A DNA stretch of 64,000 bases from Octopus vulgaris (Eukaryota). Where the stretch lies: positions 2,542,001-2,606,000 of the forward strand of contig OX597841.1 of assembly GCA_951406725.2 (NCBI GenBank), in the 5' to 3' direction. This document shows, one piece after another, positions 26,239-37,090 of the stretch. Below the pieces are notes generated by a model. The model was given only the letters and a program-made list of their open reading frames with translations. It was not told the origin of the DNA and ran no database searches. The translations under genes and the position numbers were made by a program. Every line of letters begins with the position of its first letter. Position 1 is the stretch's first letter.

Positions 26239-26492
26239 GGGTACTATTTAAGAGAGGTCCCGATGCGTGCACTCGCGTACTCGTGCATCCGCGCTAGCTA
26301 GTCGTGACTAGTCGATCATTACTTTGTGTATTATTTATTTTGTGTAAAAAAATTATTTATTTTGTGTAAAAAAAAATCATTTAGTTCGTGTTTTATTTAC
26401 TTTGCTAGGTTGTCGTGTCGTTGTAGGATCGACTAGTCACGACTAGCTAGCTCGGATGCGCGCACCGGGACCACTGTTCGCTTGTAGTACCC
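26239..26492. mobile_element. MITE with GGGTACTA TIRs
   Basis: Fold-back with GCTAGCTAGTCGTGACTAGTCGATC subterminal repeats; relatives at 39086 and 53192. Confidence 0.7.
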
Positions 26493-26574
26493 CGGTTGAG
26501 TACAGGAATTGATGCAGTCGACCTTTTAATTCTTTCCCCGAAATTGCTGGCGTTGTGCCAAAATATAAAATAAA

Positions 26575-26925
26575 CCGGGTTCAGTCCCACTGCGTGGGAC
26601 CTTGGGCAAGTGTCTTCTGCTATAGCCTCGGGCCGACCAAAGCTTTGTGAGTGGATTTGGTAGACGGAAACTGAAAGAAGCCCGTCGTATATATGTATAT
26701 ATAAATATGTATGTTTGTATGTGTCTGTGTTTGTTCCCCCTAGCATTGCTTGACAACCGATGCTGGTGTGTTTATGTCCCCGTTACTTAGCGGTTCGGCA
26801 AAAGAGAACGATAGAATAAGTACTGGGCTTACAAAGAATAAGTCTCGGGGTCGATTTGTTCGACTAAAGGCGGTGCTCCAGCATGGCCGCAGTCAAATGA
26901 CTGAAACAAGTAAAAGAATAAAAGA
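26575..26925 (+). mobile_element. SINE family C, 5'-truncated
   Basis: High identity to other copies. Confidence 0.8.
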
Positions 26926-26946
26926 AAAATATTTTGAAATTGTAAG

Positions 26947-27002
26947 AAGGGAAGTAACTCCATTTAGTGACAAGTGCTAATGCTAAAAAGGAAGTGACGT
27001 CA
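26947..27002 (+). promoter_or_regulatory. putative promoter of gene 5
   Basis: GGGAAGTAACTC plus GGAAGTGACGTCA; donor AA|GTAAGA at 27313. Confidence 0.6.
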
Positions 27003-27324
27003 TTGATTGTCTACGAATGACCTGAAATCACGAGAAAGTGCTTTTCGTTCCATTTTTGTAGATGTTTTCTTCTCTTCATTACTGATCCCTAAACTAAATA
27101 ATATCGTCGTATTTGTATAATAATCGATAAAGGAATTACGGTGGAGGGGGATCAGTGAAAACGAGGTGGACGATAGAATGAGACAGATTGTGAAAGAGAG
27201 TAACAAACGGAATTGAAGAATTTAGTGAGAAATACAAGAAGACCTGCGTCATCGATGATTGATTTCATTGATCAGCTGATTGGACTCACTAAATATCGAC
27301 GAAAATTCTAAAGTAAGATTTTTT

Positions 27325-27749
27325 GGCGATCTTTCGTCTCTAGTAGACCTTTCCGTCGATTTCCGTAAAAAAATTTTTTTTTTTTTACAAATGGGCTTGC
27401 GGGAACTTTTGAAGTAATATACATACATATACACATACACCGAGTAAAAAATTTCAGTTATCTCTTTCTTTCACACATTACTCTCTCTGTCTCTTCACAC
27501 ACACTAACAGAAGCACTTCACTTAAACAACCCCCTGTCTGTCTCCCACACCCCATCAAACACACACACACATGTACATCAATGCTTCACATGCACGGCAA
27601 CTTCAAAAGAACTTCCCTCGTCATACAATCGCTTTCTCTTAGTCTCTTTCGCTCTCATTACTTCAAACGTTCCCGCAAGCCCATATGTAAAAAAAAAATT
27701 TTTTTTTACGGAAATCGACGGAAAGGTCTACTAGAGACGAAAGATTGCC
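27325..27749. mobile_element. Merlin-like MITE
   Basis: TIRs; 8-bp TSD GATTTTTT; inserted 12 nt into predicted intron 1 of gene 5. Confidence 0.85.
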
Positions 27750-27954
27750 GATTTTTTTTTTTTTTTTGTATATGATATATTATAAAAGGATAACTATGTC
27801 GGTTTAATTAGTCTTGCTAATTTACAGGCTCCCTCTTTGTCTCATACAGTGTTGTTTACTCTTACGCGGAATCCCTGGAAGTCTACAAACATTCATGAAC
27901 GCGTTGCTCTGCGATCACGCCGTGCATTCTTTCGATATAACTCGACAAAATCAA

Positions 27955-28402
27955 AGCATTTCGCTCCGGGTAGTCAAATTCGATGACTGGCATCTGTGCT
28001 AGTGGAGCGCTAAGAGTACCGTACGAGTGAGATCGTGGCCAGAGCAACAAGCTGGCCTCAGTGCCGATGGCACGTTAAAGACACCATTCGAGCGTGATCG
28101 TTACCTGCGTCTGTGCTGGTGACATGTGAAAAAGCATTCGAGCGAGGTCGTTGCCAGTGCCGCTGAACTGGCTCCTGTGCAGGTGGCACATAAAAAGCAC
28201 CATTTGAGCGTGGCCGTTGCCAACAACATCTCTTAACAACTGATGGTGGTGTGTTTACGTCCCCATAACTTAACGGTTCGACAAGAGAGACCAATAGAAT
28301 AACTACTGGGCTTACAAAGAATAAGTCCTGGGGTCGATTTGCTCGACTAAAGGCAGTGCTCCAGTATGGCCACAGGCAAATGACTGAAACAAGTAAAAGA
28401 GT
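27955..28402 (+). mobile_element. family E body fragment followed by family C 3' end
   Basis: GGTGGCACATAAAAAGCACCAT subrepeats, then the family C tail. Confidence 0.6.
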
Positions 28403-28880
28403 AAATTAAAAAGTGCATTTGTTCAGGTAAAGTTTATCTCTAAAGAAATGTAGTAAATTTTCCACTTTTGAATCTGTATTTTTTAGGTATCCTCCATATC
28501 TTAGACTGTTGTTTCTTTATTATTTCAGAATATCAAATGACATTAGAACAACTGAAGATTCGTTCCCAGTATTGATCATCTTTTGAAGACTAAAAGAAAA
28601 TGTTGTACAGATCAGATGTATGAAACTGTTTCCATAAATCTCTGGTAGAATTCCTATGAAACATCTGAACTCACCTGAGATTCTTTGCAATATTTCTGTA
28701 CATAACTGTGTGGAATGTCTACAAAATGAATTTGGGTTACGTCAATGTAGATACATTTACAAAAGCATTGATTAGACAAAGGTAACACTGAACAGAAATG
28801 CAGCAGTAGAACTATTTCTAGGGAATAAACCACAAGAACAAAATCAAAAAGTATATTTACTGATTTGAGTGGGAAAAATT

Positions 28881-29705
28881 ATGGAAAAAAGAGAGAAACC
28901 TGAGGAGCTGAGTTTATCTGAACACATGATAAAAGAGAGCAGAAAATTGACGTATGACTGTGATATCTGTAAAAAGACTTTCTGTGACAAAAGTCATCTA
29001 ACTAGGCATAAACGTATTCACACAGGAGAGAAGCCATATCACTGTGAAATCTGCGGTAAATCCTTCTCTCTCAGTAGTAACTTAACGATACATGTACGTA
29101 TTCATACAGGAGAGAAGCCATACGTCTGTAATATCTGTGGTAAATCATTCTCTGGAAGTAGTGACTTTACTAAACACAAACGTATTCATACAGGAGAGAA
29201 ACCATATCACTGTGACATCTGTGGTAAATCATTCTCTAAAAATGTTACCTTAACTTCACACAAACGTATACATACGGGAGAGAAGCCATATCACTGTGAT
29301 ATTTGTGGTAAATCATTTTCTAAAAATATTACTTTAACTAACCATAAACGTATTCATACAGGAGAGAAACCTTATCAATGTGATATCTGTGGTATATCAT
29401 TCTCTGTAAGTAGTGACATAATTAGACACGTACGTATTCATACAGGAGAAAAGCCGTATCACTGTGACATCTGTGGTAAATCATTCTCTGTGAGTTCTCA
29501 AGTAGTTGAACACAAACGTATTCATACAGGAGAGAAGCCATATCTCTGTGATATCGGTGGTAAATCATTCTCTGTAAATAGTGCCTTAACTAAACATAAA
29601 CGTATTCATACAGGGGAGAAGCCATACTTGTGTGATATCTGTGGTAAATCATTCTCTCGGAGCAGCAACTTAAATACGCATGTACGCATTCATAAAGAAA
29701 TATAA
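28881..29705 (+). CDS. C2H2 zinc-finger protein, 9 fingers, finger 8 with Cys-to-Gly (gene 5)
   Basis: Intact ORF from ATG (MEKREKP); acceptor TTTCAG at 28528. Confidence 0.92.
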   Translation: MEKREKPEELSLSEHMIKESRKLTYDCDICKKTFCDKSHLTRHKRIHTGEKPYHCEICGKSFSLSSNLTIHVRIHTGEKPYVCNICGKSFSGSSDFTKHKRIHTGEKPYHCDICGKSFSKNVTLTSHKRIHTGEKPYHCDICGKSFSKNITLTNHKRIHTGEKPYQCDICGISFSVSSDIIRHVRIHTGEKPYHCDICGKSFSVSSQVVEHKRIHTGEKPYLCDIGGKSFSVNSALTKHKRIHTGEKPYLCDICGKSFSRSSNLNTHVRIHKEI

Positions 29706-30148
29706 CTATATCAAAATAAAAATTCATGACAAATATTTTTGGCTTCATCTAAACTGGGGGTTGCCTTCTGCGTGTTACCAATAGCAGTACCTAATCCACT
29801 CATTGTGGCTCCCTTTTTAGGCTTTTCATTTACAGTTGGTGGGCCTTCCCTGACACTGACTCCTTTAGTTACCTCTTACAACATCGAAGGATTTTGTTTG
29901 CTGTCAAAATTCCCCTGAAAAAGTGAAAAGACGAACAATTATTGATAACTAAATGTATTCACACAGGAAATACAACTGTGTGTGATAACAGACTTCCAAC
30001 ACTATGTTTTATATTACCACTGCTATATCTATATTGGTGAGATATTGAAACCAATATTGTTATTATATTTGATATTTGGATGGAGTCATAATAAAGTCCA
30101 TAAACACAGTCACGGGTTGTAGTTGGTCTATATTTCATTTCACTTTTT

Positions 30149-31035
30149 GAATCTTTTCAGTTTGAACGGCAGTTTTTTAAAATAATTTCGAGTGGCTATG
30201 TGGTAAGTAGCTTGCTAACCAACCACATGGTTCCGAGTTCAGGCCCGCTGCGTGGCATCTTGGGCAAGTGTCTTCTGCTATAGCCCCGGGCCGACCAATG
30301 CCTTGTGAGTGGATTTGGTAGACGGAAACTGAAAGAAGCCTGTCGTATATATATATGTGTGTGTGTGTATGTGTTTGCGTGTCTCTGTTTGTTCCCCTAG
30401 CATTGCTTGACAACCGATGGTGGTGTGTTTACATCCCCGTCACTTAGCGATTCGGCATAAGAGACCGATAGAATAAGTACTGGGCTTACAAAGAATAAGT
30501 CCCGGGGTCGATTTGCTCGACTAAAGGTGGTGCTCCAGCATGGCCGCAGTCAAATGACTGAAATAAGTAAAAGAGTAACTATAAAATTTTAAACTTCATA
30601 TACTGGTAAAATGTGTTTATAAAACATCATTTTCTCTTGGCTTTATTGAGAAAATTCTATAGGTTTGTTGTTTTTTTTTCTTCAATTTCTGAAATTTCAA
30701 CCAATCAATGACGTCCATTGAGGTAAAAAAAACATTCTGTGCCGTATGAATATGTCCCTCGTTTAAGAAACAGATTGGGTTTATGGATCTTTTCGGTTTG
30801 AACGGCAGTTTTTAACATAATTTCTAGGTAACAAAAAATTTAAAACTTCGTATACTGGTAGAATGTGTTTATAAAACATCTTTTCCTCTTGGCTTTATTG
30901 AGAAAATTCTATGGTTTGTAGGATATTTGTTGCTGTTTTTCTGCAATTTCAACAAAGAATAAGTCATGGGGTCGATTTGCTCGACTAAAGGCGGTGCTCC
31001 AGCATGGCTGCAGTCAAATGACTGAAAAGAGAGTA
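30149..31035 (+). mobile_element. nested GGATC-TIR MITE pieces with SINE family C (30190-30577) and a family C tail (30953-31035)
   Basis: Two left ends (30149, 30785) interrupted by SINEs. Confidence 0.7.
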
Positions 31036-31127
31036 GGTTAAGACATGGCACATGCTCCCCGTTTGGGGCGAGTCTCCTACTGTCTGTCATTTAATTTTGT
31101 CCACTTCGCGTCACTACCGTAGTTGGT

Positions 31128-31354
31128 GGTGAGGAGCTGTGTTAGCACGTTGGGCGAAATGCGTAGCCGTATTTCGTCTGCCGTTGCATTCTGAGTTCAA
31201 ATTCCGCAGAGGTCGACTCTGCCTTTCATCCTTTCGGGGTCGATAAATTAAGTACCAGTTACGCACTGGGGTCGATGTAATTGACTTAATACCTATGTCT
31301 GTCCTTGTTTGTCCCCTCTATGTTTAGCCCCTTGTGGGTAATAAAGAAATAGGT
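31128..31354 (+). mobile_element. SINE family D monomer
   Basis: Head plus one body, ending GAAATAGGTA. Confidence 0.8.
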
Positions 31355-31557
31355 ACTTTTAATGGACAACCACTTTTGGGGCTGCTGCATGCATTATATG
31401 TTTTTTGTGGGGTCTGGGGACGGCAAACGGAAGGGCCTCCCCGCGTGGCACAACACTCTAGCCACACTTGGGCTTCGCATGACAACAAAAATCACCATAT
31501 TAGAAATATCATCTGCAATTAAAGCAGAGACTTGTGACATTTTGAAATAGTGAAAAA

Positions 31558-31627
31558 GGGAAACAACTCGACGTTTCTAGATTTAGTGACACGTGATACT
31601 GACAGAGAGGAAGTGACGTCATTGGTT
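31558..31627 (+). promoter_or_regulatory. putative promoter of gene 6
   Basis: GGGAAACAACTC, E-box CACGTG, GGAAGTGACGTCATTGG. Confidence 0.6.
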
Positions 31628-31853
31628 GTGTACGGAGGACTGACGTCTTATGACTCATGATTAAAGAGTGGTAGAGAGTGACAGGAAACGAGGTGGAAAT
31701 TTGGAAAGATTGGAACCAGAATTGAAGAATTTAGAGCGAAATAAAACCAAGAATGGCCAAAGTCGTCGATCATGTAGGAAGCAGAGGGGACAACATGCTG
31801 AACGCCTGGTCTACATAAATTCTAAAATAAGGTATTTTTTTGTTTATATCAAA

Positions 31854-32250
31854 TCTCTCTCTATATAAAGCTGAAGTTGTCTGTGTGGTGTGGAAGGTTT
31901 AGTTGCCTTCAACCAACACTATCTCCTCCGAGACCCTGCGGCGCAAGTTGACCAAAATTGAGAGTATGATAGAAGAAGGATTGCTCTTCCTTCCGTAGAA
32001 GAAAACAATCAAATCGGACCATGTTAACACCAAAAATTATTTACATCAAAAAGGTGCTTTTTTTTCTATGAAAATCCCTATTTTTTTACGATTTTTTGAC
32101 TGCTGTGTCGCTATTTTTCGGTGCATTTCAACCAGAAAAACGTTCACTGAAAGAGAATAACAAGCTACATAATGCAAAATTTTTACTTTTCAAAAATTCC
32201 AATTCTAAAGGGTCGAAGCAAATCCGAGCAACGCCGGGCGATACTGCTAG
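31854..32250 (+). mobile_element. non-autonomous Helitron, second subfamily
   Basis: A|TC start and same CCGAGCAACGCCGGGCGATACTGCTAG|T end, different interior. Confidence 0.8.
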
Positions 32251-32464
32251 TTTAATATAAAAGTAATTAGTGTTAATTGTTCAGTTTACTTTCGTAAAAA
32301 AAACAAAAAAAAACGTAAAGAGACATAACTAAATACAGCAAAGTATGTTGTCTGATACTTTACTCTCTTTGGCGATCCTTCGGTATACGTACCGTAAGAG
32401 GCTTTGTTTACATTTCTGAAGATAACAGAAACACTGTTCTCCCACCCCTAACCCCCCATATATA

Positions 32465-32674
32465 TCTCTTTCTCTCTTTTACTTGTTTCAGTCATTTGAC
32501 TGTGGCCATGCTGGAGCACCGCCTTTAGTCGAGCAAATCGACCCTGGGACTTATTCTTTGTAAGCCTAGTACTTATTCTATCGGTCTCTCTTTTGCCAAA
32601 CCGCTAAGTGACGGGGACGTAAACACACCAGCATCGGTTGTCAAGCAATGCTAGAGGGACAAACACAAACACAA

Positions 32675-32721
<47 letters not shown>

Positions 32722-32940
32722 TAGATATGTATATATATATTTATATATACACATACATACATATATATACATATGTACGACAGGCTTCTTTCGGTTTCCG
32801 TCTACCAAATCCACTCACAAGGCATTGGTCGGCCCGAGGCTATAGCAGAAGACACTTGCCCAAGATGCCACACAGTGGGACTGAACCCGGAACCATGTGG
32901 TTGGTATGCAAGCTACTTACCACACAGCCACTCCTGCGCC
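32465..32940 (-). mobile_element. SINE family C
   Basis: Reverse-complement copy. Confidence 0.85.
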
Positions 32941-33199
32941 TATATATGTATATATATATATATATATATATAAAACCACTTTCTTGAAATGTATCCGGTA
33001 CCTATACCGAAGTTACGCCAAATTATTTACTTTGCTAGGTAGTCGTAGGATCGACTAGTTACGACTAGCTAGCGCAGATGCCGAATTGGTTTCACTAATC
33101 ACAGATCCTCTCATTGATTATTTAAAATATTTTTGTTAAATAAATTACGTGGCAGAGGGAAAGAATACGCACACCACCCGTTTTCGGTGTTTTCTATTA

Positions 33200-33660
33200 C
33201 TTTTAGGTGTATACCTCTACTGTTAGAGTGCAACACTTTTTCACACAGCTGTCCTCATCTATACGCATTACATGACCTCACCAGCGCAGTCGTCTCTCTT
33301 GCACGCCACATCTGAAGCTTCTTATGTCCAACTTTTCTCTCAGGATGCTTACACTCTGTTGTGTACATGTACACTGACATTACACATCCAGCAGCATATA
33401 CTAGCTTCATTCCTTACAAGCCTACACATGTCCTCGGCAGTCACAGCTCATACTTCAATGCTGTGTAGCATGGTTGTTCACACATAGGCATCATACAGTC
33501 TATCTTTCATTCTCTGCAAGAGGTGGGAGCTCTCGGAACTTCCCCCTGCCTGTTCTTATTCTAGCAGCTACACTCTCGGAGCATCCACCCTGACTACTGA
33601 CTTGATCACCTAGGTAAGGGAAGCTATCAACTACTTCTAGTTTTCCCCGCTGGCATGTAA
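33200..33660 (-). mobile_element. RTE-clade LINE fragment
   Basis: Homologous to 2300-2640 and 21125-21460. Confidence 0.7.
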
Positions 33661-34266
33661 TGAAATATCAAATTATATTTCTGGAGAGAGAAGAATGTTA
33701 TTGTCCACTTTTCTGCAGTTTAATCTAAATAATATTACTCAATGTGAAGGTGTAGCTGTTGTTTACAAATATGTAAGCTACACAGAAGATTCTGTGATGT
33801 AAATTTTAATACATTAAAAAGTTCAGTTGTTCGGGTAAATGCTTATTTCTCAAGTTTATCTCTGTAGAAGTGTTATAAATTTTCCACTGTTGAATCTGTA
33901 TTTTTTAAGTAGCTTTTATATCTTGCTCTGTTTGTTTATTTCAGGATCTCAGATGACATTGGAATAACTGAAGATACATTCTCAGTATCTATAGTTTTTT
34001 AAAGACCAAAGGAATATGTTACGCACAGCACATGCATAAAACTGTGCAATGTTTGCTTTGAACTGAGATTAATAGGAAAAATTCCTGTAAATCACTGACA
34101 GGAATATATTACAAAATAATTTTGTGGTAATTAAACTGGGATATGGTTTAATTAACACAAAGGAACATTGGACAGACATGCAGCAGGAAAAGAATTTCTT
34201 AGGAATAAACTATGAAAACAAAATCTTGAAACAATATATGTATGTTGTGATTCGAGCAGGAAAATA

Positions 34267-35523
34267 ATGGAAAAAAGCGAAAAACTTAAGGACTTGATTT
34301 TTCCTGAAGGCATAACAAATGATGTAAGAAAATTATCATATGACTGTGATGTTTGTAAAAAGTCATTCCTTCAGAAAAGTTACCTGAATACTCACAAACG
34401 TATTCATACGGGGCAGAAGCCATATTGTTGTTATATCTGTGATAAATCATTCACTGCAAGTATTGACTTAACGAGGCACATACGTATTCATACAGGGGAG
34501 AAGCCATATCACTGTGATGTCTGTGGTCAATCATTCTCTCAAAGTGCTGTCTTAACCACTCACAAACGTGTTCATACAGGAGAGAAGCCATATCACTGTG
34601 ATATCTGTGGTAAATCATTCTCTCGAAGTTATCATTTAACTACACACAAACGTATTCATACAGGAGAAAAGCCATACCACTGTGATATCTGTGGTAAATC
34701 ATTCTCTCAAAGTAGTGGCTTAACTATACACATACGTATTCATACAGGAGAGAAACCATTTCACTGTGACATCTGTGGTAAATCATTCTCTTTAAGTAGT
34801 CATTTAACTGAACACAAAAATATTCATACAGGAGAGAGGCAATATCTCTGTGACATCTGTGGTAAATCATTCTCTGTAAGTAGTGAGTTAACTAGGCACA
34901 ACCGTACACATACAGGAGAGAGGCCTTTTCTTTGTAATATTTGTGATAAATCATTCTGCAGAAGTAGTGACTTTACTAAACACAAACGTATACATTCAGG
35001 GGAAAAACCATTTCATTGTGATATCTGTGGTAAAACATTCTCTCAGAGTAATAGCTTAATCAAGCATAAACATATTCATACAGGAGAGAAGCCATATCAC
35101 TGTGATATCTGTGGTAAATCTTTCTCTCAAAGTAGTAACCTAAAATGTCACAAACGTATTCATACAGGAGAGAAGCCACATCACTGTGAGATCTGCGGTA
35201 AATCATTCTCTGTAAGTAGTGACTTAACTAAACACAAACGTATTCATACAGGAGAGAAACCGTATCACTGTGACATCTGTGATAAATCATTCTCTGAAAG
35301 TTGTAAGTTAACTAGACACAAACGTATTCATACAGGAGAGAAGCCATATCATTGTGAGATCTGTGGTAAATCATTCTCTCAAAATCATAACTTAACTTCT
35401 CACAAACGTATTCATTCAGGAGAAAAGCCATATCATTGTGACATCTGTGGTAAATCCTTCTCTGTAATTAGTAACCTAACTTCTCACAAACGTATTCACA
35501 CAGGAGAGAAGCCATATCTCTGA
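34267..35523 (+). CDS. C2H2 zinc-finger protein, 14 fingers (gene 6)
   Basis: Intact 418-aa ORF; acceptor at 33944. Confidence 0.93.
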   Translation: MEKSEKLKDLIFPEGITNDVRKLSYDCDVCKKSFLQKSYLNTHKRIHTGQKPYCCYICDKSFTASIDLTRHIRIHTGEKPYHCDVCGQSFSQSAVLTTHKRVHTGEKPYHCDICGKSFSRSYHLTTHKRIHTGEKPYHCDICGKSFSQSSGLTIHIRIHTGEKPFHCDICGKSFSLSSHLTEHKNIHTGERQYLCDICGKSFSVSSELTRHNRTHTGERPFLCNICDKSFCRSSDFTKHKRIHSGEKPFHCDICGKTFSQSNSLIKHKHIHTGEKPYHCDICGKSFSQSSNLKCHKRIHTGEKPHHCEICGKSFSVSSDLTKHKRIHTGEKPYHCDICDKSFSESCKLTRHKRIHTGEKPYHCEICGKSFSQNHNLTSHKRIHSGEKPYHCDICGKSFSVISNLTSHKRIHTGEKPYL

Positions 35524-35675
35524 CGTATGTGATGAACCATTCTCTCAAATTTGTGACTCAATTAAACGCATGTATCCATACATGAGACAAGTCATATCAG
35601 TGTGACATCTGTGATAAATCATTCTCTGAAGTTTATAAGAAAACTAAACCTGTATCTGTTCATATTGAAGTCTAA
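35524..35675 (+). pseudogene. two decayed zinc fingers past the gene 6 stop
   Basis: TGTGACATCTGTGATAAATCATTCTCTGAAG and similar motifs; last remnant resembles the terminal finger of gene 7. Confidence 0.65.
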
Positions 35676-36241
35676 TTGTATCAATATGAAAATTCATAAC
35701 TATAACAGCAAACATTTTAAGTTGTGATAGCTTTGTTGGTTTTAGCCTTACCAAGAACTAAGCTAGTCATAGTAGCTGTCTCTTATATCTGTTCAACATT
35801 TCCTAATGCCAAGTCTCTCAGTTGCCTCTCACAACATGCAGGAATATGGTTTATTACTGAAATTCCAAACCTGAAAAATGACCTGCAAAACACCTGTGGA
35901 TAACGGTCAGTGTATTCAAACAGGAAAGGCAACACAACAGTGTGTGGTAATGCCTCCTAACACTACAGTTTGTAATATCACTATGACTATATCTACATTG
36001 GCAAGATGACTTACCCCTGTGATATTCTTGATAAAAGTAATTTCTTCCAGGTTTTGATCTGAAATTATGTTGAACCCAGTATTATCATGTTTAGGATTTA
36101 TGTGCCAATACACGAAACTCTCAGACTTTGAGTCACTCTGTTACTTCTGCTAAATATTAATAAAAATATACATCTACTCATATTTTGAGTTCTGTTTTTC
36201 TGTTTGCACTAGCATATCTAATATATATATATATATATATA

Positions 36242-36595
36242 TAATATTATTAGAGACAAAACCACTATTTTGCAAAACAAGGAAAGACTTAATCAATACA
36301 TAAAATTTTAATAAAAAGTCAAAAACTTCATAATTTGAAACTGACTTGAAAATTGGAAGTCCACCTGAAGATTGTCGATCAGGACAAGAAACAATTGTAG
36401 TGGCGGTTTTTTTGACTTTTTATTAAAATTTTATGTATTGATTAAGTCTTTCCTTGTTTGTTTTGCAAAATAGTGGTTTTGTCTCTAATAATATTATATA
36501 ATATTTTACTATAAAATTGGATTTAATCCTAAATATGCTAAGCCACTGGTTTTAATTGATTAATATCAATTTCTACCTACCCTTATTATTTAATT
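36242..36595 (+). mobile_element. Penelope-like element relic (inverted pseudo-LTR arms) within (TA)n
   Basis: ~85-bp inverted arms at 36242-36325 and 36409-36497 enclose a hammerhead motif; (TA)n on both sides. Confidence 0.6.
36361..36403 (+). ncRNA. minimal type I hammerhead ribozyme
   Basis: CCAC-CTGAAGA-TTGTC(gatcag)GACAA-GAAA-C(aatt)G-TA-GTGG: all core nucleotides and stems I-III present. Confidence 0.75.
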
Positions 36596-36609
36596 ATATA
36601 TATATATAT

Positions 36610-36880
36610 GTGCCGGTGGCACGTAAAAAGCACCATCCATTTGTGGCTGTTGCCAGCCTCGCCTGGCCCCCATGCCGGTGACACATAAAAAGCACCATCC
36701 ATTCGTGGCTGTTGCCAGCCTCGCCTAGCCCCCATGCCGGTGGCACATAAAAAGCACCAGCCGTAGAATCATTGCCAGATCAAACTGGGCCTGGTGCAAC
36801 CTTCTGGCTTCCCAGACCCCAGTTGAACCGTCCAACCCATGCTAGCATGGAAAGTGGACGCTATACGATGATGATGATGA
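36610..36880 (+). mobile_element. SINE family E with ~61-bp subrepeats and (GAT)n tail
   Basis: GTGCCGGTGGCACGTAAAAAGCACCATCC x3 then the family E tail. Confidence 0.8.
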
Positions 36881-37090
36881 TATATGTATGTAGTAGCTTC
36901 ATGTGGGTATGGCATGGATTTGAACCTCGATAGCCAAATTTCACAACTTCGATCGCTGTTCTTCTTCCATCTTGCACATCTGCAACAGCAACACCTGATA
37001 CAATCGTTAACTGCCGATTCCAACAAATATCATAACACAACCCATAACAATTGCTGACCACTGGCTCCACCTTAACCCCATTGTTACATA

